From the NCBI RefSeq assembly GCF_006345805.1, contig NC_043016.1, forward strand, positions 15,190,001 to 15,254,000: a stretch of DNA of 64,000 nucleotides, written 5' to 3'. Positions within the stretch are counted from its first letter, which is position 1. Every line of letters begins with the position of its first letter. The notes under the pieces were generated by a model. It searched no databases. It worked only from the letters and a program-made list of their open reading frames with translations, and was not told where the DNA came from. This document shows, in pieces, positions 49,721 through 62,266 of the stretch. The translations under genes and the position numbers were made by a program. This stretch comes from Octopus sinensis (lineage: Eukaryota).

Positions 49721-50654
49721 GACCAACTGAATCACTTGGTGTTGATTTGATGTTTTTTCTCCCGCTTATTTTTTTGTTTTCCTTTTTCTTTTGTAAAAAC
49801 TTATAGAAGAATCATGACTATTGTTTAGGACTTTTATTTTAATGCAGTTTTGTATTATTCATGTATCATATACATACATGTTATATGTGTAATAAAAATA
49901 TTGATGGTAATCACAGGCATTGGTGGAAGCTCAAAATGTAGGAAGTAGAGCTATTTTTACTGAATATTTTGTGAGGCTTTCTGTAAAACTTTTGGATTAG
50001 TATATTTCATTCATTGATATTTTCATTATTTAATATTGTTCGATTGAGTACTTAAATTTCATTAATCATGTTTTTTTTGGGGGGTGGGGGGAATTTCTTG
50101 TTGATAAATAATACTAATGATGGTAGAAAATATATAACGATAGAATGAAGGTTTATCTCATATGGGGAAATGACTGATGCAATGATGTTGATATCAATGT
50201 AAATATTGAATGCATACGTATGTGTGTGTATGCAATGGGTTCCTTCTTTCAGTTTCTGTCCACCAAATCCTCTCGCAAGTCTTTGGTCAGCCAGGACCTA
50301 TAGTAGATGACGCTTACCCATAGTGTCATGTAGTGGGACTGAACCCAAGACCCCATGATTGGAAAGCAAGCTTCTCAAACACCTGCTTACAACTATTCCT
50401 GTACCTTAATGTGTGTGTGTAGGTGCATGGATTAGTGTTTAGGCCATTGCTGTTCGCCTAAGATTGTGGTTTCATTTCTTGGACGAGGTGATGTGTTGTG
50501 TTCTTAAACAAGACACTCCAGTCCACTCAGCTGGCAAAAGTGAATATTCCTGTGATAGATCACCTTCCTGTCCAAGGGTGTGGGGGAATATATATGCACA
50601 GAAACCTGCCTTACAAGCCAATAGCTTGGGAAGGCCCTTTACATATATATACAT

Positions 50655-51500
50655 TTATATACATAAATGTGTAATGGTGTCTGTCTGTGTGTTTGGGGTT
50701 ACTCTAACTCCTTCCACACCGTCCAACCGATTTTAATGATTTTTTGGCACATAGGTAGATCACATGCCCTGATGTTCAAATAAGGCCAGAATTTTTCGAA
50801 AACTTGATAATGCTCAGTTGGCATCAATTTTTGTGAGCTCAATCGGGCGTTTGAATGCAAATTCCCCTAACAATGTTATTTTTCCTGCAGTTTTTCCATT
50901 TATTTCCGACTTTGATGAAAATCGATGAGTGACTGAGGCTCTTGGCAGTAAGTTGATGTCAGTAAATGGCATCAACAGAAAATTGATAATTGCACCTCAG
51001 CAGTGGTTTTTATAAAATCAGTTGGCTTTTTGCATGCTAATATCCATAGGGATTTTATTTTTGGCCATAACTTTTATATTTTTTATCTGATGTTAATGAA
51101 ATTTGAGATGTAGGTAAATTCTGCGGTGGGGGAGACGGTAAAGTTGTTTATTTAATTCAAAAGGGCACAAGTGCAAATAAGCATTTTCTTAGAAACATCC
51201 TCATCAATTTTGTAGAAATTTTACACGTGATCACAATTCATGTCCATTAGTTGATGCCAGTACGATTAGTTGACAAAAAAATCGATCATTGTGTGTGAGC
51301 AGGGGATTTTAAGAAATCAATAGGCTTTATGTAAGCAATTACCCATAGGATTAATATTTTATGCTGTAACTTTTAGAGAATTCATCCAATTTTGATGAAA
51401 CTTTGCATTTAGGTAAAGTTTATGGCTGGAGTCATGTAGGAGGATTAAAATTAAACTGGTGAAAGGTAGAAACCGTCAAAATTCACTCACAATAAACTGA
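50655..51500 (+). mobile_element. Longer non-autonomous Helitron-like element with four internal subrepeats
   Basis: 5' gtctgtctgtgtgt; 'ccgattttgatgaaa(c/t)tt..taggta'-type motif at ~50725, ~50905, ~51085 and ~51385, as in 25272-25640. No CTAG terminus found. Confidence 0.5.
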
Positions 51501-51699
51501 TTTTGAAGAAAATTGACCCATGACACTGCCTTGAAGAATTTTTAGTCAAATGAATAGACACCAGTACTTATTTTTTTAAAGATTGGTGCTTATTTTATTG
51601 GTCTCTTTCACTGAACTGCTAAGTTATGAGAACATAAACACCGGTTGTCAAGTGGTGGTGGATTATAAACACACATACAGATATGAATATATTATGTAA

Positions 51700-52000
51700 A
51701 TATGGTAAAATCCAAGCTGTGTCCTCTCAAATCATCTGCTTATTTCTGTTTTACAATCCAGTATGCATTTGTGTGACGTACATATCAGAGTTGAAAATTC
51801 TGGAAATATTGTTTGTAGAATTATTACATAACACAACAAGAAATTGGAAAATTTTTGGTATTATCTATTCACTCTTATATGTATTTCATTTGCTTATAGG
51901 AATTGCAAAGTTGTACATGTTGGACAAACATGTAGGAAATTTTAGAAATTCTTCAGACAGATAATCAAATAATACAAAATTTATATTTGTGATTATTCCT
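51700..52000 (+). mobile_element. Degenerate PLE GIY-YIG fragment (paralogous segment at ~53990-54180)
   Basis: CKVVHVGQTCRKF (cf. C...YVGQT.R). The block tttcatttgct..aaa..gtacatgttgga..ttcttcaga..aatacaaaattta recurs at ~54080-54175. Confidence 0.4.
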
Positions 52001-52524
52001 ATTAGCAAATGAAATGTTTATAATGGTAAATTTAATAATGGTAAAAAATTTCCAACTTCATGTTTTGCTTTATATACACACATGATGAGCTTTCAATTTC
52101 TATGAAATCTACTCACAAGGTTTTGGTCAGCCCAAGGTTCCTCACAGTAGGACTGAACCTAGAACTTGAACCATGTGGTTGAAAAGCAAGCTTCTTACCA
52201 CACAGCCATGCTTGCACCTATATAAAGAATTGTTTTTCTTTCTTTTTTTCTAAATTATTATTCTTGTCTAATTACTGGCATTGAAACAGTGGTACATTCA
52301 TCCAGGTTTTATTGCTATGAAATTTATCAAACATTTGAACTTTTATCATTTCCTATCGCTATGAAACTTATTGAATGTTTTAAAGCTTTTCCATTACTTT
52401 AATGTATAACAAAGCAAAATGTATTTTATTTTCAAGTTAATACTTTTTTCTTTTCATAATTACACAGTTGTATAATAAACATCATAGTTTAGAATTTTAC
52501 ACGTATATATATATATATATATAT

Positions 52525-52800
52525 ATTCTTTCTACTCTAGGCACAAGACCCAAAATTTTGGGGGAGGGGGCCAGTTGAATAGATCGACCCCAGTACACAA
52601 CTGGTACTTAGTTTATTGACCCCGAAAAGATGAAAGGCCAAATTGACCTTGGTGAAATTTGAACTCAGAAAGTATAGACAGACGAAATACCACTAGGCAT
52701 TTTGCCTGGCATGCTAGCGTTTCTGCCAGCTTGCCACCTTAATACTGCTAAGCATTTCACCTGGCATGCTAACGATTCTGCCAGCTCATCGCCTTTTATA
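52525..52800 (-). mobile_element. Meta-like-domain SINE with a duplicated head
   Basis: Reverse complement of the 42278 type; the gcatgcta.cg.ttctgccagct head occurs at ~52710 and ~52765. Confidence 0.7.
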
Positions 52801-52899
52801 CATACATATATTATATGGAGTAACTTTACATTAAAGAGTAGAACATATAATTTCTTGTAATTCAGACTGTCTCATGATCCCTGCAGACTTAAATTTTAA

Positions 52900-53479
52900 C
52901 CATTTACCATTTAAACTGGCCATATCCATCCCAAATATTCTATCTGCTTTATGTCCAAACTGGCCAGATCTGACCTCTCACACCTACCCTACAATGTTAT
53001 TCTAAAAATATACACAATTGATGTTAGGACTACCTGACTGGCCCCCATGCCGGTGGCACGTAAAAAGCACCATTTGAACGTGGTCAATGCCAGTACCACC
53101 TGTCTGGCTCCTGTACCGATGGCATGTAAAAAGCACTATCTGAACGTGATCGATGCCAGGCCTGCTTGACTGGCTCCTGTGTTGGTGGCACATAAAAAGT
53201 ATCAACTACACTCTCGGAGTGGTTGGCATTAGGAAGGGCATCCAGCTGTAGAAACATTACCAGATCAGATTGGAGTCTGGTGCAGCTGCTGGCTCTCCAG
53301 ATCTCACTTAACCCATCCAACCCATGCCAGCATGGAAAACAGACATTAAACAACAATGATGATGATGATAAAAATCACATCATCATAATCTTGAAGCTTT
53401 TTAGGTAATGCATGATTAATTCAAAACAATGTGAATAAATAAGCATTGCATTTGACAGAATAATCCGAATGCTACAGGG
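52900..53479. mobile_element. piggyBac-type MITE carrying an RTE 3' insertion (~53030-53370)
   Basis: TTAA at 52896-99 and 53480-83; flanking parts are the reverse complement of 26750-26963. Confidence 0.7.
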
Positions 53480-54322
53480 TTAATCATAAATTTTAATCTT
53501 AGATTTTATGCCATGAAACCTATTGTGCATTTTAATTTCTTGAGCATGATTTATTGCCATGGAGTTTTCTCCTGTGCATTCCAGGATCTTTTAAACGTTT
53601 ATCTTGTCTTTTTCATAATTTTTATTTTTATTTACCATTGAAGAACAAAAAAGTTATTGAAACCAGTATGGTATTTTTAATACATTTAAAAAAATTAAAA
53701 TACGTACAATTTTCAAGACTCAGGTGCATTTTCAACTGCAAGCCAATTTTCCTCCTCCTCCTCCTCCTGATTATCACCATCATCATCATCAATTCAACAT
53801 CCATTTCTCCATCCTTACATGGGTCAGACAAAATTTTGTTGAGGTGGATTTTCTATGGTTGGACGCCCTTCCTGTCACCAATCCTCACTTGTTTTAAGTC
53901 AGGTAATATTTGCCTATGACCAGACATGTTTTAAAAAAGTTTGAAAATGAAGAACACGGCTTTTATGAATGACTGCTATTCATTTACAACTATCATTTGG
54001 CATTGTAAATAAGTACCAGAACAATTAAATATCAAAACAGTAGATTGCAAAATAAATTGTGATGTTATTCATCATTACATGTGTTTCATTTGCTAAAAGG
54101 AGTTACAAAATGGTACATGTTGGATATCTCCTATTAGAATTTCTTCAGAAAATCAAATTAATACAAAATTTACATTTGGATGAAGCTTTTATTTATAGTC
54201 AGTAATCAGGTGTCACATAGATAGTTGGAAGGGGAGAGAGAGTAAGAGATTGAGCTAGTAAATGTACATATACACATAATCATCTCTGTCTCTCTCTCTC
54301 TCTCTCTCTCCATATATATATA

Positions 54323-54710
54323 TAGGCAAGGCTGTGTGGTAAGAAACTTGCTCCCAACCACATATTTCCAGGTTCAGTCCCACTGGGGAAAGTGTCTTTT
54401 ACAATAGCCTCAGGCCAACCAAAGTCTTGGATTGGATTTGGTAGACAGAACCTGAAAGAAACTTGTCATATATATATGTGTGTGTGTGTATATATATACC
54501 TATATGTGTGTTTGCCCCCCCCCCCCCCATCACCTTGACAACCGATGTTGGTGTTTTATGTCCCCGTAACTTAGTGGTTCAGCAAAAGAGACCAATAGAA
54601 TAAGCACTAGGCTTTGAAAAAATAAGTCCTTGCGGTCAATTTGTTTGACTAAAGCCCTTTAAGGTGATGCTCTGGCTTGGCTACAGTCAAATGACTGAAG
54701 CAAGTAAAAG
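54323..54710 (+). mobile_element. CORE-type SINE
   Basis: Full-length match to 30930-31311. Confidence 0.88.
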
Positions 54711-54749
54711 AATATATATATAGACAGTTGTATATATATATATGTGCAC

Positions 54750-55000
54750 ATATATAATATACAAACACTCTGCTGGATATACAACGTCAGTGTACATGTG
54801 TAACAGAGCGCTGGTGTATTGAGGTAAAAGTTGGGCAAAAGAAGAATTAGATGCAGTGTTCAAGAGAGAAGACTGTGCTGGTTTGGTCATGTGATGTATA
54901 TGGACGTAGACAGCTGCATACAGAAGTGCTGATCACTTAAAGTGGGTGGAATTTGTGAAAGAGGGAGACCCAGGAAGACATGGGACAAAGGAGATGACTA
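54750..55000 (+). mobile_element. RTE ORF C-terminal fragment
   Basis: RLCWFGHVM..GRPRKTWDK. Confidence 0.7.
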
Positions 55001-55129
55001 AGGACCAAGATATCGAGAAGATCTGCCTGCTACAGTAGAATTGGTGCTGGTGCCATGATATAATGTTTGATATTTCTATGACCTTTATTATAGTCCACTG
55101 TGTTTCATAAAAAACGCAAGATATATGAC

Positions 55130-55430
55130 ACTCGTGTTCTCTAGGACAGGAGTGCAATACATTGGAGCTGTTGAAGGAAAATTTAAATCTAGGTATAACA
55201 ACCATTTTTCAAATTGATCTAATCTGGAAGCTTAAAGATGAAGGGACCAGTTTTGACATCAAATCTAGACCCTATTTTAATGGGTCTAAAAAATATCCAA
55301 GGTGTTCTCTTGAAAAACTGTATCTATTAAAAACTTTGAGAACCTCCAATGAATGCATAAATTTGAGGAATGAGATTTTTTTCTGTATGTTCACATTTCA
55401 AGAAATATATCTGCCAGAATTTAAAAGAAG
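55130..55430 (+). mobile_element. Penelope-like GIY-YIG endonuclease C-terminal fragment
   Basis: QYIGAVEGKFKSRYNNH, IWKLKDEGTSFDIK, PYFNGSK, EKLYLLK, NLRNEI. Confidence 0.8.
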
Positions 55431-55937
55431 ATCACTGGACACTTAGTAAATGACTAACATCTGGTTCACATTTAATTATTGTAACATTGGTTATCTCCCT
55501 TGTGTTTTCTTCCTGTCTTCTTTACAAGTTTCTCTTTAAAAGTTATCTGCTCAAAAAAAACAACAGACAAATGGTCTTGTTTTCAGCTTGATAAGCGACA
55601 GAATAAATTATTATTTCAAGCTAGGAAACCCTGGGTAGCTGTATTTACAAGATTTGTGATTTTTTATTTTAAGATTATCTTTACTCTCTTAGCTGACTGA
55701 GTGCTTTTCTACTTCTTGAAGCATTACCACATAACACACACACGTATGTATGTGTGTGTGTATATATATTAGATAATAAAACATATGGTATATATCTGGT
55801 AGCTTACTGATAAAGTACATTCACTTTCACAGTGTTCATGGTTTATCTGGTTAATGAGATGCTAGATGGGTTGAAACAATTGTAGTGGTTAATAAAAATT
55901 CTATCTTCCATCTTCTGTCTCTCATTAACCAAATATA

Positions 55938-55972
<35 letters not shown>

Positions 55973-56204
55973 GTATACACATACACATCTATGTATATAT
56001 GATGTATATTGGTGCTGGTGCCACATACAAAGCACCCAGTACATTCTGTAAAGCAGTTGGCATCAGGAAGAGCATCCGGCAGTAGAAACCATGCCAAAGC
56101 AGGCATTGGAGCCTGGTATGTTTACTGAATTTGACAACTTGAATGTCAAACCATTCAACCCATGCCAGCATGAAAAACGGATGTTAAATGATGACATGCA
56201 CACA

Positions 56205-56810
56205 TTCATGTCTTTTATCTCTTACTTTCAGTTATTTCACTGCGGCCATGCTGGGGCAGTGCTTTGAAGGTTTTAGTTGAACAAAATCATTAACCCCAGG
56301 ACTTTTCTTTTAAGTCTTGTACTTATCCTGTTGGTCTCTTTTGCCAAACTGCTAAATCCACAAAAGGGAAACTCTCTGAGCATATGTTGATCATAACAAC
56401 ACCTCATATTCTGTCTTACCACAAGTCTCGTCTGAAGACCAGCTTGTGATAAACATCATAATTATAGTGAAGGTGAAAAAAGAAGGCAATGTTTGATTTT
56501 TCAGCATAGCCAACTGTTTTTCTTGCACTTCATCTCCTTTTACTTGTTTCAGTCATTTGACTGTGGTCATGCTGGAGCACCACCTTTAGTTGAAGAAATT
56601 GACCCCCCAGGACTTACTTATTTTTGTAAGCCTAGTACTTATTCTATCGGTCTCTTTTGTTGAACCTCTAAGTGATGAGGATGTAAACACACCGGCATCG
56701 GTTGTCAAGCGATGTTGGGGGACAAACATATACACACACATATATACATATATACGACAGGCTTCTTTCAGTTTCCGTCTACCAAATCCACTCACAAGGC
56801 TTTGGTTGTC
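56205..56810 (-). mobile_element. Two CORE-type SINE pieces (56205-56350; 56535-56810)
   Basis: Both begin with the reverse-complemented tail tacttgtttcagtcatttgactg. Confidence 0.8.
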
Positions 56811-56999
56811 CTGAGTATGATAAAGGCTGTAAAATGATCATTGTTATATGGATACATAAATATATCCGTCTGATACCTCCTGACTTATTTTATATTTTAT
56901 ACACTCCTAATGAAATAATCATGACTAATTGGATTTCAACTGCATCGAACTATACATCACGTCCCTTTGGTTTGCTCTGTGGTTTATAGTCTGATCTAT

Positions 57000-59325
57000 T
57001 AAAGGAGCTTTCTTGAGAATACCACTGGATTAGTTAAATCCCTACACTGTCCTTTTCAATTCTATTTCACTATTATCAGTATTTTCTGTTTCATTAAATT
57101 ATGTCAACCAAGATCCCCAAAGAATATTTTTCTCCTTCATGTTTTTATCCCTCACCACCCCTAACTCTGGCCCCCTCTTTCTCTGCCTCACTCTGTTTCG
57201 ATTACCACTTGCTTCATCAACAATTCCCCTTCCTCCATCACCTGACCTTATATAAACTAGCGAATGCACTCAGATTCCCCTACTACATTTTAATAACTCC
57301 CCCCAAAGAATATGAATCCAGAAGACGCGCTTGTCTAATTTTGCCATCTTGCGGTACGCCCGCCCTCCAAGACCCCCACCACATATACTGGAAGTCCCTA
57401 TCCCATGTCATCCTTTGGTTGTCTCCCATGAACACTTCTAAAGGCTTTACACTATCCCCACCCCTACTTAGGGTTTATCTGCTATGTAAGGTGGTGATCA
57501 TATAGTGCATAAAAATAATGGTGTAGTGTATGCATCTTGAAGGCTATTGTTTCCTTATGAATTCTGCCAAATGTGAGCTTTCTTTTCAGGTACATGATGC
57601 TGCTGTCCCCCATCCTCGGGTCTCACGGGCCTACACCTCCCACATTCTCAGAGTTGGCACACTGAAAGGTAGGTCTGGTGAGATTGTTGAGATGCTCAAA
57701 CGGAGACGTGTAGATTTGTGCTGCCTCTAAGAAGTAAGGTGGAGAGGCAGTTCTGCTAGATTCCTCACGGGCAAAGAACACAGGTACAAGATTTTCTGGG
57801 CTGAGAACACTGATGGGGGTCTGAGTGCGGGTATACTTCTTGCTGAGAAATGGGTTGATAAGGTAGTCAGAGTGTGTGATAGAATACTTAAGATTAGATT
57901 AGTGCTACATTATGAGTTAGCAACCATTATCTTAGCCTATGCACCTCAGCCAGGGCTACCTCATGGACACAAAGACTGATTTTATGACACCCTCATGTAG
58001 ACTACTTCGCTGACAAATAGCAGGGACCTTCTCTTCATGGCTGGGGACTTCAATGGACATGTTGGACAACATGCAGGGGATTCCATAGTTTACATGGAGG
58101 CTATGGTTTTGGTTCCCGCAATAAGGAGGAAACCAGGCTGCTGGAGTTCTGCGATGCAAATGCTCTTATGGTTTGCAAAACCAACTTCAGGAATCCCGCC
58201 TGTCACCTAGTCACCTACCATTCTGGCAGACACACTAGCCGAATTGACTACATCCTTGCCAGGAAAAGGGAAAGAAGGCTGCTTATATATGCCAAAACCT
58301 TCCCAGGCGAAGAATGTACACCACAATATAGACCAGTAATTAGCGACTTCAGGATCAGGGCTAAATGGCTGCCCAAAAGACCAGCTTGGAGGAGAAGGGT
58401 CTGGAAGCTTAAAGATCCTGCAAATGGTCAGAGTTTTTAGAGACATATTACTCGAAGCCTTTAACAAAATAGAAGGGAAGAAAGCATAAAATAATGTGGA
58501 AGACAACTGGAGGTTTGTACGGGACAACTTCCTGAGAGCCACTGACCAGATCTGAGGATGGTGCAAAGACCACTCTTGACCCAAGGTAACGTGGTGGTGG
58601 AACAATGTTGTTGACAGAGCCATTAGAGAAAAGAAACAGGCTTGGAAGGGCTGGAGGAACGGTGGTAGCAGGGAATTGTATCAGACTGCCAGAACTGAAG
58701 CTAGGGGGCAGGTTTATTTAGCCAGAGGGGAAGCAGATAAGAAAAAATTTGCCAATGCTCTGTGCCGTGAGGACCAAAGACTTGAGGTATTTCATGTTGC
58801 AAGACAGTGTGTGAGAGAGAATCGTGATGTGGTAGGAGAGAAATGCACCCACATGTATGATGGTTCACTTGCATTAAACGAGGCTGCAAAGAGAGAGGTT
58901 TGGAGACGCCACTATGGAAGGTTGCTGAATGAAGAAAATGAATGGGAGAAAGAGGGTCTGCCAAATGTCGACCCAACAGAGGGACCTGTTATCCAAGTTG
59001 ACAGTACCTTGGTAGATAAAGCAATTAAGAGTGTGAAGACAGGGAAAGCCCCTGACCCATCAGGAATCACTGCAGAGATGCTCAAAATATCTGGCGGTGT
59101 TGGCTATAGCCTAGTCACCCGTATAGTTAACCAGGTGATACACGAAGGAGTCATACCCAATGACTGGTGTAGCAGCACCATAGTCAACTGCTACAAAGGT
59201 AAAGGTGACACTTTAGATACAAATAATTACAGAGGTATCAAGTTGTTGGATCAGATAATGAAGGTCATGGAGAGGGTCATAGCCCGACTAATTAGGGAGA
59301 GAGTCAGTTTAGATGAGATGCAACT
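57000..59325 (+). mobile_element. RTE LINE 5' half (5' UTR, APE endonuclease, start of RT), 3'-truncated
   Basis: RVGTLKGRSGEIVEMLKRRRVDLCCL*EV, AYAPQ, GDFNGHVG, CKTNFR, IDYIL, TGKAPDPSGI, NNYRGIKLLD, DEMQ; stops and frameshifts. 5' boundary approximate. Confidence 0.92.
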
Positions 59326-59751
59326 GGAAAAGAGAACTTACAAAACAGACACCAACTAAACATAGATACACATAGAGGTATACGCATGCGCAAATGAAGA
59401 CACATACAATAGGAATATAAAATGCAAAATGGCTGACAGTTAGTAAGGAGAGGCACACAAATAAGACAGAAGAAAGGACCACTGATGTGGTCACAGGAGT
59501 GTGATGAAAGAACTCTGGCTGAAATAAGATTAAGATTAATGTAAAAAATAAATAACGCTGAAGCAAATTAACACCAAATATACAGTGTGTGTGTTTTTAT
59601 TGGCTAAACTGGCAATATGACCATTCCGAAATATAACAATATCTGTTTCAACACACGATTTCACATCAAAATTCTTGCAAAACAAATATATAAACGTCAG
59701 CATTAATAAATTGATATAAATGAATGTTTACTGGGTGAGGTTTGTCAGTAA

Positions 59752-59808
<57 letters not shown>

Positions 59809-59809
<1 letters not shown>

Positions 59810-60345
59810 TAAGGGCAAAAGAAAAAATTTCTGATGCCAAAATATGCCGAAATATACACAACATCAATAACCATGTGGTTTATCACTACAAGCATGTGTT
59901 TCAAAGAAAGCCAACAGAAATTTCTAAAAAATCCTGTTATTACCATATCAGACCCGATTTCAGAGTTAGTTCATAAGAACCTTCTCTTCATCAGTGATAA
60001 ATGCGGGAAAGAAACAAGTGAAATACTTACTTATACCCATGGAAGAAGCGAACACTAAGCCACAAGCACAATTAAGTACCCCAAATATATCCAAAATAGA
60101 AACTCTCTAGCACACCTCAAGACACGTGCGATTCGAACCAAAAAGCTCTCTTAAAGTGAGAGAGTCCGGAAATAAACACTATTAAATTAACATCTAATTT
60201 AGGATAAAATTTTTCGAAAATGATTCTATCAATGGCCAGAATATTAAAAAATACCTTTAAAGGTTAAATTTATAAACAATTTATAGGTAAGGGCAAAAGA
60301 AAAAATTTCTAATGCCAAAATATGCTGAAAATAGACACGTCAATA
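59809..60345 (-). mobile_element. Terminally redundant, ORF-less hammerhead-containing retro-unit (retrozyme-like or PLE pLTR)
   Basis: ~60-bp direct repeats at 59809-59869 and 60287-60345 (period 478); (TA)n on both sides; one hammerhead inside. Confidence 0.7.
59946..59999 (-). ncRNA. Type I hammerhead ribozyme
   Basis: Minus strand: TATCA-CTGATGA-AGAG-aagGTTCttatGAACtaa-CTCT-GAAA-TCGG-GTC-TGATA. Intact CUGAUGA, GAAA and GUC; 5-bp stem I; 4-bp stem II with an inner hairpin; minimal stem III. Predicted cleavage after 59951. Confidence 0.85.
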
Positions 60346-60354
60346 TATATATGT

Positions 60355-60850
60355 ATCCTTAAATCCTTAAAAATGTTTCAGCCAGAAAGCTGCGGCCATG
60401 CTGGGGCACCACTGTTGAATGAGCTACACTAGTATGTGAAACTACCTCTGATACGTGGCACTTGGTCAACAAGCGAGTTCATTGACGACGCTCGCATTTG
60501 TGTTTCCTACCAAGAGGTAAGTTCATCTGGAACCCATGACAAGAAGAGATCCAGTTTAATTTTAAAGAAACCTACATCCACACCATGCAGGTCTCTCAGG
60601 CATTTAGGAAAGATATTGAAGTGATGTGGTCTCCTGAAACGCAAGCTGTTGCAGCATCTGGTCTTGTATTTTGATGGTGATGTTGGGATCTTTGGCAGCA
60701 TGCAGTGGCGCCTCGTTCTGCTGTTGCAGTAACTTTCAATGCCAAAATTTGGGACAAGACCATCCAGGACTTTCCAGATGTATATCACTGCATATCTCTC
60801 CTGCCTTCACTCCAGGGAGAAGAGTTTTAATACTTTCAGTCTTTCCCAGT
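60355..60850 (-). mobile_element. CR1/L2-group LINE 3' end
   Basis: IYIWKVLDGLVPNFG..CNSL.FR.P..FNI.PK.LRDL..FK.KLD.FL..VPDE C-terminus; 3' UTR ends ggtgccccagcatggccgcagctttctggctgaaaca plus (ttaaggat)n. Confidence 0.7.
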
Positions 60851-61052
60851 AGCTTATATGTTGCATTGAGACGATATTCTTAGTGTAACTTCGTTGGTGC
60901 TTCGAGTTCTGCTGTTAACTGTTTTTTGTGTGGAAACCATAGTTGGAGCAGTAGCAGTAGTATATACACACACACATATATATATATACACACATATATA
61001 TAAATATATGCATATATATATATATATACACATATATTATATATATATAATA

Positions 61053-61098
<46 letters not shown>

Positions 61099-61235
61099 TA
61101 TATACAAATTACCTGAGTTATTTTTGTTGCTTATTTTGATTATAATCACCCCACGGATTTTATGGATAACACCATACAGAATTCTGGTGCATCCAACTTA
61201 TGTACCATATTCATTTGAATCTAAATTTTGCTGAA

Positions 61236-61271
<36 letters not shown>

Positions 61272-62126
61272 AATTGAGATAGGGGTTGTAGTGGATGAAT
61301 GGGTTTAGGGTTAGATGTGGATGTGTATGTTTTGCTTGTACGGTGTGGTGGAGGTCGGGCGGTTCTCAATTGACCAACCGTGAGAAAGATAATGATAATT
61401 TTAAATTCAAATCCAATAGTATATTTATGCCATAAGGAAAATTATTAACTGGAACATGGACATACATATATTCCGCTCTGGATCATAATGTAAGAGTTAT
61501 TAATAATATTATGAATGATAACAATGATAACATTAATTGTATTGACAACGATAATGATACTAACTTTAATGACACTTTGGAAACTATTATGAAGTAATAT
61601 AATGTACAATTGACTATGTATATTTACATCTAGATATTAATTTGTGTATGTTATTATCACAATATTAAGTCGAAAAAATGAGACATTTGGTGTGGAACAC
61701 ATATATATATTTACTAATTTATATTATTTATTTATATCATATGTAAATGTATATTTTTTATATGTATAGGAGTGTGAGTATATACACTCATGTATATATA
61801 TATGTTGTATTGTGGGTACGCACCCACACCCATGTGGGTATATGTGTAGACTGTGTTATATTACATAATCTCCAAAGAGGCCTGTGATATTTTTGTTAAT
61901 GTCTCATTATATCTATATTGACCAACCATAAGGGCTAATATTGGTAAAATGGGACATAATTATCGACATGGCCGAAACAGCTGTAAGATCTAATGTATGC
62001 TTATATTTATATTTACTCGTATTTATATTCTTTTTTATATATATTCTAATTATTATACAACATTACTCTTTTATGTACACTTTTTTATGTACATTGCTTT
62101 ATGTACACTGATTGTTCTGCTTTTTA

Positions 62127-62229
62127 TATTTAACCCTACAGTCTCTATGTGGTGGTTTAATAAGTATGTGATTGAGTATTATCTGGTAATTGATATTTGA
62201 TTTAGATGTATTTCTCCATTTTCTTATCT

Positions 62230-62266
<37 letters not shown>

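Noticed and set aside
59495-59535. Hammerhead-like gTGATGA...GAAA on the + strand (similar at ~41340-41375 and ~55693-55720)
   Set aside because: C3 or GAAA is missing and there is no convincing stem I or II pairing.
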